DNA of 64,000 bases, taken from NCBI RefSeq assembly GCF_009914755.1, contig NC_060925.1; one strand, written 5' to 3'. Below the pieces are notes generated by a model. The model was given only the letters and a program-made list of their open reading frames with translations, was not told the origin of the DNA and did not search any database. The DNA comes from the human T2T-CHM13v2.0 reference genome, Homo sapiens. Numbering within the stretch: the first letter of the stretch is position 1; the number at the start of each line of letters is the position of its first letter. Below, one piece after another: positions 37,875-58,723 of this stretch. The position numbers and the translations under genes were made by a program.

Positions 37875-38453
37875 GAGGTGGAAACTTCAAGTGCTGGATT
37901 TGCAGGATGTTGATGAGAATTTCTGGACCATATGGTCTGGAGCCAGGGTCCTCTCCTGCTCCCCAGAGGCCATGAGTAAGAGGCAGACAGTGGAGGACTG
38001 TCCAAGGATGGGAGAGCGCCAGCCCTTGAAGGTGTTCATAGACCTCTGCCTAAAGGAAAGTACACTGGATGAATGCCTGAGCTACCTTTTTGGGTGGATC
38101 CACTACAGAAGAGGCCTAGTGCACCTGTGTTGTAGTAAGGTGCAGAATTACTCAATGCCCACTTCAAGTTTCAGAAATCTATTGGAAAGGATATACCCAG
38201 ACAGTATCCAGGAGTTGGAAGTCTGGAAAAAGTGCTCTCTCAATAAAACGGGAAAGTTTGCCCCTTACCTGAGCCAGATGAGCAATCTTCGTGAACTCTT
38301 TTTAGCCTTCGGTTATGAGCGTGAGTTGTACGTGAGCGTCCAGTGGCCGTGCATTCCTGACTTGGACTCTCCATTCCTCTGCCTGTACTACCCCCAGATG
38401 CTTTATATAAAAAAGATCAGTAATATCAAAGAGCACCTGGAGCACCTGCTCAG
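37875..38453 (+). CDS. PRAMEF33: PRAMEF10/33-type gene, middle coding exon (579 nt)
   Basis: atag|G acceptor, RWKLQVLDL...EHLEHLL, donor AG|gtaaga. Confidence 0.88.
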
Positions 38454-38825
38454 GTAAGAAATGATGGTGAGCTTTCTCTGCAGACCATACCACAGACTTA
38501 TGTTCTTTTTCACAGTAAATGTTAGTGGGCATCTACTGTGTGCCAGCCACCGGTGATGTCATAGGGAATGGGACGCTAGAATGTCAACTCATTATGCTCT
38601 TCAGTGCTCTATATCCTGAAGTGGGTATCACAAGACCACTCAAATAAGGGCAGAGGGATGGCCTGGGGTAGATGCCACAGAGAGAGGTGTGTAGGGAGCC
38701 GGTTAGTTGAGGGTTCAGATCTAGTGAGGGTGCATTTGTGAACTCCTTGTGAGGAACAGTGTATAAAGTTAATATGATGAAAACACATTCTTCATACAGA
38801 GGATGGTATGAAAGAAGGGAAGGTG

Positions 38826-39105
38826 TGGCCGGTTGTGGTGTCTCATGCCTGTAATCCCAGCACTTCGGGAGGCCAAGGCAGGGAGATCATGAGGTCAGGA
38901 ATTTGAGACCAGTCTGGCCAACACAGTGAATCCCCGTCTCTAATAAAAATACAAAAAAAAAATGTCACCGGGCATGCAGACAGGCACCTGTAATCCCAGC
39001 TGCTTGGGAGACTGAGGCAAGGGAAGTGGAGGCTGCAGTGAGCTGAGTCGGTGCCACTACACTCCAGCCTAGGTTACAATGTGAGACTGTCTCAAAAAAA
39101 AAAAA
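38826..39105 (+). mobile_element. Alu in the last intron of the PRAMEF33-type gene
   Basis: Dimer plus A tail. Confidence 0.88.
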
Positions 39106-39565
39106 AGAGAAAGTACATCAAACCTGTGCATTCCACAGTAGCAGCTCTGTCTTCAGCAGCTTAGCAAACTGCTCTAATTCCCTGTCTGTAAAACGTTGTT
39201 TTGAACTCCAGGAAAGATAATTGATATCAGAAGTGCATGCTTCTGGGATGGAGGGTGAGGGACTAGGTGTGAGAGTGGTACCAATCACACAGGCAAGGGT
39301 GAAAGGACTGAGCCTAAAATGGAGTGGCCCCTGAATGATCTGAGTCTTCATCAGGCAGCACCTTGCATGCAGACCATCATCTGATGATGGGAACAAACTT
39401 GTGTTTGGGTGAAACAGGCTTCCCCATTGCAGTTACTATAACACCTGTGTGGTAGTAAGGTGCAGAATTACTCAATGCCCACTTCAAGTTTACCATTGAG
39501 ATGATTTCCCACCCCCCTCCTCTAACTGGCACCATTGCCCATAACTAACTTCTTGCTCTCCCCAG

Positions 39566-40124
39566 GTACCTCAAGAACCCCTTGGGGGCCTTTATATTCA
39601 GTGATGCTTACCTAGCTGATCGGGACATGGAGTGTCTGTCTCAGTACCCAAGCCTCAGTCAGCTAAAGGAGCTGCGTCTGATTCATATCCTAATGTGGAC
39701 CACCAATCTTCAGCCCCTTGGAGCTCTGCTAGAGAAAGTTGCTGCTACTCTCAAGACCCTCGTCTTAAAGGACTGTCGGATCCAGGACCCCCAACTCAGG
39801 GTCCTCCTGCCTGCCCTGAGCCACTGTTCCCAGCTCACCACCTTCAACTTTCATGGAAATGAGACCTCCATGAATGCTCTGAAAGACCTGCTGCGTCACA
39901 CACGTGGGCTGAGCAAGTTAGGCCTGGAGTTGTATCCTGCCCCTCTGGAGAGTCTTGACTACAAGGGTCATGTCAATTGGGAGATCCTCACCCCAATTCG
40001 GGCTGAGCTGATGCGTACACTCAGGGAAGTCAGGCAGCCCAAGAGGATCTTCTTTGGTCCCGTCCCTTGCCCTACCTGTGGCTCATGGCCATCTGAGAAA
40101 GTGGACTTCCATCTTTGCTCCTAG
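39566..40124 (+). CDS. PRAMEF33: PRAMEF10/33-type gene, last coding exon
   Basis: cccag|G acceptor, LRR-like repeats, CPTCG, TAG at 40122-40124. Confidence 0.88.
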
Positions 40125-40199
40125 GGAAGGCCTGGTTCGTGGGATGGATAAGCTTTTTTCTGGACACTTGGGAACTAAAATATTGTACATGGGTGCATT

Positions 40200-40552
<353 letters not shown>

Positions 40553-40775
40553 CACCCGCTTCTTAAAGGAAGCACACAGCCACGTATTTGAGGCACGTGC
40601 TCACTGTGAGTGGAAAAACAAAGGTGACTCAGCCAGGGGCAGGACTGGGTAAAAATGCTGACTTGGCATCAATGAGGCCTTCAGGGACCTGTGTCCTAGA
40701 CTTAGAAATGGAACCTGAAGTTCTAGAGTGATGCAGGACTTACCCCTGCAAGGATGGTTATTTAAAAATGTCAAA

Positions 40776-40781
40776 AATAAA
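40776..40781 (+). terminator. poly(A) signal of the PRAMEF33-type gene
   Basis: AATAAA in 3'UTR sequence homologous to the other paralogues, downstream of a 3'UTR Alu. Confidence 0.6.
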
Positions 40782-41099
40782 TGGAACCTGAATGGAAACT
40801 TTCTGGTGTCTTCCATGATTGATCAACCTGTTTTAGACATTTATACATCAGAAGTCTCTAGAAATCTGCCTCCTGGGTTCAAGCAATTCTCCTGCCTCAG
40901 CCTCCTGAGTAGCTGGAACTACAGGGACCCGCCACCATGCCTGGCTATTTTTTGTATTTTTTGTAGAAACGGGGGTTTCACCATGTTGACCAGGCTGGTC
41001 TTGAACTCCTGACTTCAGGCAAACCATCCGCCTCAGCCTCCCAAAGTGCTCAGATTGTAGACATTAGTCACTGCACCTGGCCTGAAATTCTGATATAAG

Positions 41100-41950
41100 C
41101 ATAAAATGTGTAATGTTCAAATCATGGTAACAGGAATAGCCACCATCTCAAGAATTTATCATTTCTTTGTGTTAGCAACATTCCAATTCCATTGTTTTAA
41201 TTATGTAGAAATTTACTATGAACTATTGTCAACACGAGTTGCCCTATTGTGCTACTGAACCCTAGATCTTATTCCTGTCTGTGTTTTTGTTCCCATTAAC
41301 CATCCCCTTCTTATTCTCTATTTCCCAGTACCCTTCCTAGCTTCTGATAACCGTCATTTTACTATTTTTAAGTTTCGTGTTTTTTAATTCCCAAATATGA
41401 GTGCAAACATGCCATGTTTGTCTTTCTGTATCTGGCTTACTTCACTCAACATAATGCCCTCCAGTTCCATCCATGTTGTCGCAGATGACAGGATTTCCTT
41501 CATGTTTACAGCTCAATGATATTCTGTTGTGTATATTTACCACATTTTCTTGATCCATTCATCTGTTGATGGACACTTATGTTGATTCCAAATTTTGGCT
41601 ATTGTGGATAGTGCTACAATAAATAGGAGAGTGCAAGCTGAGTGCAGTGGCTCATGCCTGTAATCCCAGAATTTTGGGAGGCTGAGGCAGGTGGATTACT
41701 TGAGGTCAGGAGTTCGAGACCAGCCTGACCAACATGGTAGTGTAGATATCTCCTGGATATATTTCTTTTTTTTTTCTGGATATATATCCAGCAGTGGGAT
41801 TTATGGTTTATATGGTAATCCTATTTTTATTTTTTGGAGGAAACTCCATGCTGCCTTCCTTAGTAGCTGTACTAATTTACATAACTACCAATGTTGTACC
41901 AGGGTTCTCATTTCTCCATATTCTTCATAGCATCCATTATTTTCTGTTGG
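41100..41950 (-). mobile_element. Old L1 (L1MA-like) 3' fragment with an internal Alu piece (about 41636-41740)
   Basis: ttcactcaacataatgccctccagttccatccatgttg…ttcatctgttgatggacactt. Confidence 0.75.
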
Positions 41951-42169
41951 TTTTTTATGGGGGAGATCCCCTTACTATTAAAACTCAAATCCAGTTTGGT
42001 GTAAACACAGAAACCCTGCTAGAGTTGCCTGCCACCCTTGAAACAGGCCATTGGAATGAAAATTGTCCACCTATGCACCAGGTCTCTATTGGACAGAATG
42101 CTTTTGTCCCAGAGGTTGTTCACATTAGAGGACATTTCTTTTTTGTTTTTCTTTACTTTTCTGCCTTTT

Positions 42170-44445
<2,276 letters not shown>

Positions 44446-45311
44446 GGAAAGGGACTCCTCCTATCAATTATTTTTTTAAATTTTCTTTTGTTTTATTGAC
44501 CTGACAAGGGTCAAATAGAGTTGAGTTTTTGTTTTTGTTTTTTCCATTGGAAGGGACAAACACAGGTTACAATCATTGGCTTTAGATGACAAGATAAAAG
44601 AATAAAACATATTCCTTGAAAGACAACCAGCAGAACTTCATGATCAGCATCAAATCAGTGCCTTCTCACTGTCAGTGGGTGGAAGCCTTCATCAATACTT
44701 GTAGAGTTTGAAGCACTCATGAACTCACGATCAGACTCTTTACTCAGGGACAAGATGTAAGCCAAGCGAAAGACCTTCCACAGGTGGTGAATTTGGAAGC
44801 CTGCCCAATGTGACCTGCAAGTTTTCACTGGCAATATGCAGGTGCAGATATGACAAAGAATAACCATGACCTTTACATCACTCCCAGCTGTTGAGGAATG
44901 GGATCCTTTTGACCCTTTCTGTCCATAGAACCAGGTTACTCATCTTGTGTGGCAACAACATATATGGTCTACTTAACAGAGAAGAAGACTCTGTAAAAAA
45001 AAAAGTTTATTATGAAGTAAGCAAAGAAGTGGCAATAGATGCGAGATTATTTGGGGAGATAAAGGAAGTTGAAGGGTTTGAAAGGAAAAATAAGGAGGAT
45101 TATACAAATTGTTTTGAAAGACTCATACTTGGTCATAAGGATTAAAACCAAAAGGGCATCAGTGCAATGTTAGATAGATTCCTCTTACACCCACTCAATA
45201 ACCCCCAACATGTTCAGCAAGTCTTGGTTCACTCCCAGGTTCCCATTAAAAACCCAGCTCAACCCTGACCAGCTCCACCCTCACTTCCATTTGTAATTTT
45301 GACATGACTTT

Positions 45312-45880
45312 ATTACAGGACCATCAGGTTCCTATGCCTGCTGCACAGTAGCTTAGCAATATTCTGAGACAGCAGGGTTTGCAGCAGAGAGTTTAATGAT
45401 CACAAGGTGGCTGAATGAGAAGCTAGGAGGAGATCCTCAAATTCATCTCCCCAAGGAGTACTGAAGGTTTCCAGTGGATCCTGGATAGCAAGGGGCCGGA
45501 AAGTTGGGGTAGCGGTAAGAGGGAAGAAGTCAACAGGATGTAGAAACTGCATTCTTTGGTGAGTTGGTGCATTGCAGGGCCCTTCAGATCAGCTGGCATC
45601 AGTAGTTTCACTGACATGCAGAACCTGAAAGAATATCTCAGATGAAAAAGTTAATGTTTTACAATGCTTAAATCGTTGTCTGCAGGGAAGTTAAGGGGAA
45701 CTGTAATCTAAGGTCTATATGATTTTGGAACAGTAGGCTGCCAGCAACCATGAGGAACCAGGTCAGAGAGCAAGAAGACCTCCTGATGAATGCTGAATGT
45801 GTTGCAAGCTTGGTTTATTTTTGTTTCTCTCCCTCCCTTCTTCACTGATTAAATTTATAAAGTTTATCGATGTGGTTTCA
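45312..45880 (-). mobile_element. ERV1 solo LTR (LTR26-like), paralogous copy upstream of the PRAMEF15-type gene
   Basis: Closely similar to 33233-33808. Confidence 0.55.
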
Positions 45881-46250
45881 ATTTCTTCCAAAGAAGCCTT
45901 AACCTAAGCACTGAGACCACTCACGCCCTCAGTAGCACCTCTCCTCCACCAGAACGAGCATGTAATCTGCTACCTTAGGTTATATAAAATCCCAAAGACC
46001 ATTGAATACATTGAGATTTTTATTCTGATATCGTAGTGATGACTCCTCTGTTTTTATAAAGCTTTTTAAAGTAGAAAGCATTTTTATATTTTGATGTGGC
46101 CAAAGATCCCCTAACAACACTACTTTCAGATTTTATTTTTCTGTCTAATGTCGGGAACAGATCAAATCCTTCCCTGCCTCACACTCAAGACTATGAAGTT
46201 CACATATTAATAAAATACCATCAGTGTTTGTGGAGTTCATGAATGAATGA

Positions 46251-46424
<174 letters not shown>

Positions 46425-46629
46425 TAGAGACGGGGTTTCACCTTTTTGACCTGACTGGTCTTGAACCACTGACATCAGGTGATCTACTCACCTTCTCCTT
46501 CCAAAGTGCTGGAATTACAGGTATGAGCCACCTCACCCACCCTTGAATGAATGTATTCTTGACTTCTACCCTATCCCTAACACTGTCAATTTCTTGCTTC
46601 ACGAACTGAATACAGATATGTGATATGAA

Positions 46630-46895
46630 TGGATATCTGACTCAATCCATTAATCTGGGGAGAGCCAAAAACCCAATCAGGATTAACTGGGTGGAGCTTC
46701 ACAAATGCAATCAGATATTGCTTTTTGATTGGAAGCTAGCAGTGCATACGTGGAGGGGCGTGGGTGGGAGTTGTGATTAGAAAGGTCAATAAAAGCTTCT
46801 AAAGACCCACAGGAGAGACCCAAAGTCTTCAAGCCTGGAGTTCCTGCTTGGTTCTTCCTGAGGTCTGAGCACCTTCTAGACTACATCCAGATCTG
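46630..46895 (+). promoter_or_regulatory. Promoter and non-coding exon 1 of the PRAMEF15-type gene
   Basis: DUX4-like AAACCCAATCA (46669-46679) and AAATGCAATCA (46703-46713), CAATAAAA 46787-46794, donor ATCTG|gtaagt at 46895. Confidence 0.72.
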
Positions 46896-47117
46896 GTAAG
46901 TCACTAATTTCTGTAAGGACACTCCCATCTGACCTACAGTCAGTCGGTCTGGGATGGTGACAGTGCAGCCTACGATGGCACAGAGCTATATCCTGTCCTT
47001 TTTTTTTTTTTTTATATGAACAATTGGAAGCTTTGAATTTTTTCCTCTAAATGCAGTTCTGTCTTTATTTCAAAAAAGTTGATTGTGCTTTGGTTGATGC
47101 CATTTTAAAATTCTTGA

Positions 47118-49010
47118 AGGGAGCAGTGACTCATGCCTTTAACCCCAACACTTTGGGAGGCCAAAGTGGGAGGATCATTTCAGCCCAGGGATTTGAGACC
47201 AACCTGGACAACATGACAAAAACCCTCCTCTGCACAACGTTTTTTTTGGGGGTGGGGATGGAGTCTCACTGTGTTGCCCAGACTGGAGTGCAGTGGCACG
47301 ATCTCAACTCCCTGCAACCTTTACTTCCCGGGTTCAAGCAATTCTCATGCCTCAGTCTCCATCCTCAGAAGCTGGTGTCACAGACATCTGAAACCATGCC
47401 TGGCTAAGTTTTGTATTTTTAGTAGAGGTGGGGTTTCACCACGCTGGCCAGGTTGGTCTCGAACACCTGACCTCAAGTGATCCACCTGCCTTGGCCTCCC
47501 AAAGTGCTGGGATTACAGCTGTGAGTCACCATGCATCTGTAGTCCCAGCTATTTGGGTGGCTGGTGTGGGAGAATCACTTGAGCACAGAAGATTGAGGCT
47601 GCAGTGAACCATGCTCATACCACTGCTGTACTCCAGCCTGGGCAAAAGAGAGACACTCTGTCCAAAAACAAAAACAAAATCAATCAAAAAGGATCTTTGA
47701 CCGTAATTTTAAACCAATCACATCCTCTTCCACCCAAATGGAGACATGGCTGTGGGGGGTGCATGCCTGTAGTCCCAGCTATGTGGAAGGCTGAAGCATG
47801 AGAATTGCTTGAATCTTGGAGGCCGAGGTAACAGTGAGCCAAGATGGTGCCACTGCATTCCAGCTTGGGCGACGATGTGAGACTCAGCTCCCTCAGCACC
47901 AAAAAAAATTATATGACCCAGGTGATCATGGGTTACATGAAGATTTCTATTGTGTTTTCTTAGGGACTGTCATCTCTGTCTTTGAAAACTGTTTTAACTC
48001 TGAAATATTTTGATAAATTTGATGTGGCCAAGGATCCCTCAACAAGGATAATTTCAAGTTTTCTTTCTTTCTGTCTAATATCAGGAAGAGATTCAACCCT
48101 TCCCTGTCTCACACTCAGGACTTTGAAGGACACATATTAGTAAAACTCCATGTTTGTGAAGGGAATCAGTGAATGAGTCCTGGACTTTCACCCTATCCCT
48201 AAATCTTTCATTTTGATGGATTAATATCTAATTCGATCAGTTATTCTTTAAGAAAGCCAAAAATCCAATAAGGATTAACTGGGTAGAGATTAAGAAGTCT
48301 AGTCAAATGTAGCTCTCTCTGTCTCTCAGTTCAATCTAGCCTATTCCCCAGGCTGGAGTGGAGTGGTATAATGTCAGCTCACTGCAACTTCTGCCTCCTG
48401 GGTTCAAGTGATCCTCCTACCTCAGCCTCCCTAGTAGCTTGGACTACAGGCGCAGACCACTGCACCTGGCTAATTTTTGCTGTCTTAGTAGAGGCAGGGT
48501 TTTACCATGTTGGCCAGGCTCGTCTTGAATTCCTGATCTCAGATGATCCACCTGCCTCGGCCTCACAAAATGCTCAGATTACAGGTGTGAGTCACTGCAC
48601 CCAGCCAAAATGGTTCAGTTTGAACATGTGTAACAGGAGTGCATTGGAAACATCTATCTTGCGAATGATGCATAACAGTGTCACATAGCTTTCAAAGCTT
48701 CTCACTGAAATTTTCAATAATGAGGCTGGGGTGGAGGCTCACACCTATAATCCCAGTATGTTGGGAGGCCAAGAGGGGTAGATTGCTTGAGACTAGGAGT
48801 TCAAGACCAGCTTGGACAACATAGCGAAATCCACTGTCTTTACAAAAAGTCAAAAAATAGAAGATGAGCTGGGTGTGGTGATGCATAACTGTGGTCCCAG
48901 CAACTTGGGAGGCTGAGGAGGAAGAATCCTTTGAGCTGGGAGGTCAAGGCTGCACTGAGCTGAGATCCCACCACTACACTCCAGGCTGGGTGACAGAGCA
49001 AGACTCTGTC
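47118..49010. mobile_element. Alu cluster in intron 1 of the PRAMEF15-type gene
   Basis: Same arrangement as 35048-36870. Confidence 0.8.
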
Positions 49011-49011
49011 A

Positions 49012-49175
49012 GAAAGAGTGAGAGAGGGAGAGAGAGAAAGAGAGAGAGAATGAGAGAAGGGAGGCAGGGAAAGAAGACAAGAAAGAAAGAAGGGAGAGAG
49101 AGGGGGAAAGAAAGAAAGAAGGGAGGGAGAGAGGGAAAGAAGGAAAGAAGAAAGAGAGAGAAAGAGAAAGCAAGC
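49012..49175 (+). repeat. GA-rich low-complexity tract
   Basis: Directly visible; derived from an Alu tail. Confidence 0.85.
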
Positions 49176-49515
49176 TTAAATAATGAAAAGAAAACAAATA
49201 GAACCTGTTCTAGGGATGCCCCATGAATGTTCCCAACAAGCTTATTTGTAGGAACTGAAAATGTGGGCATGTAGGCTTGTGACACTCCCATTCCCATTGT
49301 TTTAGAACCTTGAGTAATTAGTAATTTCCCCCAATGGTAGGAGGGGTTCACTTTCAGGTTCCTCCATACTCACTAGTCACTGGATGGAGCACTGGATAGA
49401 AAGGAAGGGCTAGTGGTGGCCCTGCTTCCTCACTGCTTCGGAGACGCTCATGCTGATGCAGCAGAGGCAGAATGCTGGCTTAATGGCCACTGAGTACAGA
49501 GTAGAATTGGAGTAA

Positions 49516-49938
<423 letters not shown>

Positions 49939-50168
49939 TGAGGTGGCCCAGGTGGGCTGGTGGGGAGGGCCCAGGTGTCCAACTGAAGGAACAGCTGGGT
50001 CATGTGAAGTGAGGAGGCCCAAGGGGGATGGTGGTGGTGAGGAAGCCGAGAGGACTTGGCCATTCACCAGCTCCTCAGGGAAAGCACTGCTCACCACGCA
50101 AGGTCCATGGAGGTAACAGGAACCTCTCCTCTAATGGCACTGAAAGGCACCATGAAAAGTGAGAACTG

Positions 50169-50498
<330 letters not shown>

Positions 50499-50570
50499 TC
50501 AGAGAGAGGGACAAGAAGCAGGGAGGGGAGGAGCTGCTATCCAGGATGTGGAGTTTAAGTTCAGAAATGA

Positions 50571-51191
<621 letters not shown>

Positions 51192-51515
51192 TGAGGGAGG
51201 ATGGTGAGCTTTCTCTGCAGACCACAGCAGAGCCTGTTACAGTCAACACTAGTGGGCATCTACTGTGAGCCAGCCTATGAGGATGAAACAGTGAAGAGGA
51301 CACTAGAATGTCCATGCATTGTCCTGTTGGTGGCCCTGTCCTGAAATGGGTATCATGCAACCATCCCAATAGAGGCAGAGGGATCAGCTAGGGGAGATGC
51401 TATGGAGAGGCTGCCATGCTAGGAAGCTAGCTACTGGGGGGTTCAGATCTAGTGAGGGTGCCTTTCTGAATTCTTCCTGAGGACATGTGTCTAAGTTAAG
51501 ATGATGAAAAATACA

Positions 51516-52806
<1,291 letters not shown>

Positions 52807-52904
52807 TGACCATCAGGCCATCAGAATGACCCTGGACTTGGGCAAAAAGGTCTCCATCCATTACCTTGAAGCCATTCCCCACCACCCTCCACTCACCCCT
52901 ATGA

Positions 52905-53501
<597 letters not shown>

Positions 53502-53813
53502 ATGCCTGCCTATTTGGATGGGTATGTCAAACGCTTTCTTCTGGACACTTGGAAACTAAAACCTAGGTCTTAGGTACATCCTAAAGGGAGCACAGAACCC
53601 ATCATTTCACACATAGGCTCTGAAAGTGGGAAAGGAAAGCTGATCAAGCAGGGGCCGGACTTGGGGGAAATGTTGCCATGGATTCGATGGGACTTTGGGG
53701 ACCTGTGTCCTGTAGATTCGAAAATGGGAATCTGAATGTCTAGAGTGGAATTCAGGCTTGAGAATACATGAGGGAGTTACTCTTGCATGGATGGTTGTAA
53801 AGAAACAATCAGA

Positions 53814-53819
53814 AATAAA
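53814..53819 (+). terminator. poly(A) signal of the PRAMEF15-type gene
   Basis: AATAAA about 310 nt after the stop, at the homologous position. Confidence 0.65.
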
Positions 53820-54014
53820 GGAAAACTGAGCAGAATCTGTCTGGTGCCCTCTATTATTAAGTAACCTGTTTTCCAGTTTAAGCCTCAGGAATCTTCAGTT
53901 ATTGATGGAAAAAACAAAAGGCACTGACTGAGTTGTCCAATCAATAAGATGCAGCCCAAGAAAATCAAGGCATTTAAATGAAATTTGGTTATTGTAATCA
54001 CTTTCCTCCCATTC

Positions 54015-57616
<3,602 letters not shown>

Positions 57617-57619
57617 ATT

Positions 57620-58290
57620 TTTTTCTTTACAGCAGTTTTAGATTCACAGAAAAACTAAGCAGAAACTGCAGAGTTCTCATCTACCTTCTTCCCCCTTCAA
57701 TACACAGCACCCCCACAGGATCAGCACCCACACCAGCACAGAGCATTCATCACAACCAATGAGCCACAGGGACACATCATTATCACCCAATGTCCATAGT
57801 TCACATGAGGGATCATTGCTGGTTTTGTATATTCTATGGATTTTAACAAAGGGATAATGACATGTATCCACCATTAGAGCATCATGGAGAGTAGTTTTCT
57901 TCCCCTAAAAGTCCTCTGTCCTCTTCCCATTCATCCCATTGTGCTCCCAACCCCTTGCATCCACTGGGTTTTCTACTGTCTCCTTAGAAAAACGCAAAAG
58001 CTTTTTCTGGAATGTCTAACAGGATGAGTCTTTTCAGATTGCCTTCTTTCACTTGTACAATAACGTGCATTTAGGAATTTTTCATGTCTTTTTACAGCTT
58101 TATAATAGTTCACTGACTGGATGGATCAGTTTGCTTATCCAGTCACTGACCGAAGGGCAACTTGCTAGCTTCCAGGTTTTGGCGATTATGAATAAGTTGC
58201 TGTAAACATCCAGGTGTGGGTTTACTCACTTCATTAAATATCCAGGAGCATGATTACGGAATTGTAGGGGTATGGTATGTTTTACAATGA
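57620..58290 (-). mobile_element. Old L1 (L1MC-like) 3' fragment
   Basis: Antisense L1MC 3' motifs; homologous to 8900-9550. Confidence 0.65.
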
Positions 58291-58579
58291 TTTCTTCTTT
58301 CTTGACAATCTCACTTGTTCGATATTGCTGCTAAAGGTCAGGAACTTTGTCTCCATCATCCTGTGTTCCCACTGCTGAGCATGGAACGTGGCACTTGGTA
58401 GCAAATGCTGTTGACCACGTGATGCATGGAAACGTTTACCATGGGTATAGTCACTAAATTGCTACCTTGGCGACATCAACATTAGCTCACTACCAATAAT
58501 ATAAATAAATTGGATTATGGAAAAAATGGCCCTTGTGATACTGTGGATACTCCATGTGTATCATGAAAGTCCAGCAATT

Positions 58580-58716
58580 GACAAGGCACAGTGGCTCACA
58601 TCTGTAATCCCAGCACTTTCAGAGACTAAGGTGGGTGGATCACTTCAGTCAGGAGTTCGAGACGACTCTGGCCAATATGATGAAACCCTTTCTCTATTAA
58701 AGACACAAAAATTAAC
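58580..58716 (+). mobile_element. Alu left arm, host of the L1 and SVA insertions
   Basis: cagtggctcacatctgtaatcccagcac…tctctattaaagacacaaaaatta. Confidence 0.85.
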
Positions 58717-58723
58717 TAGGGGG

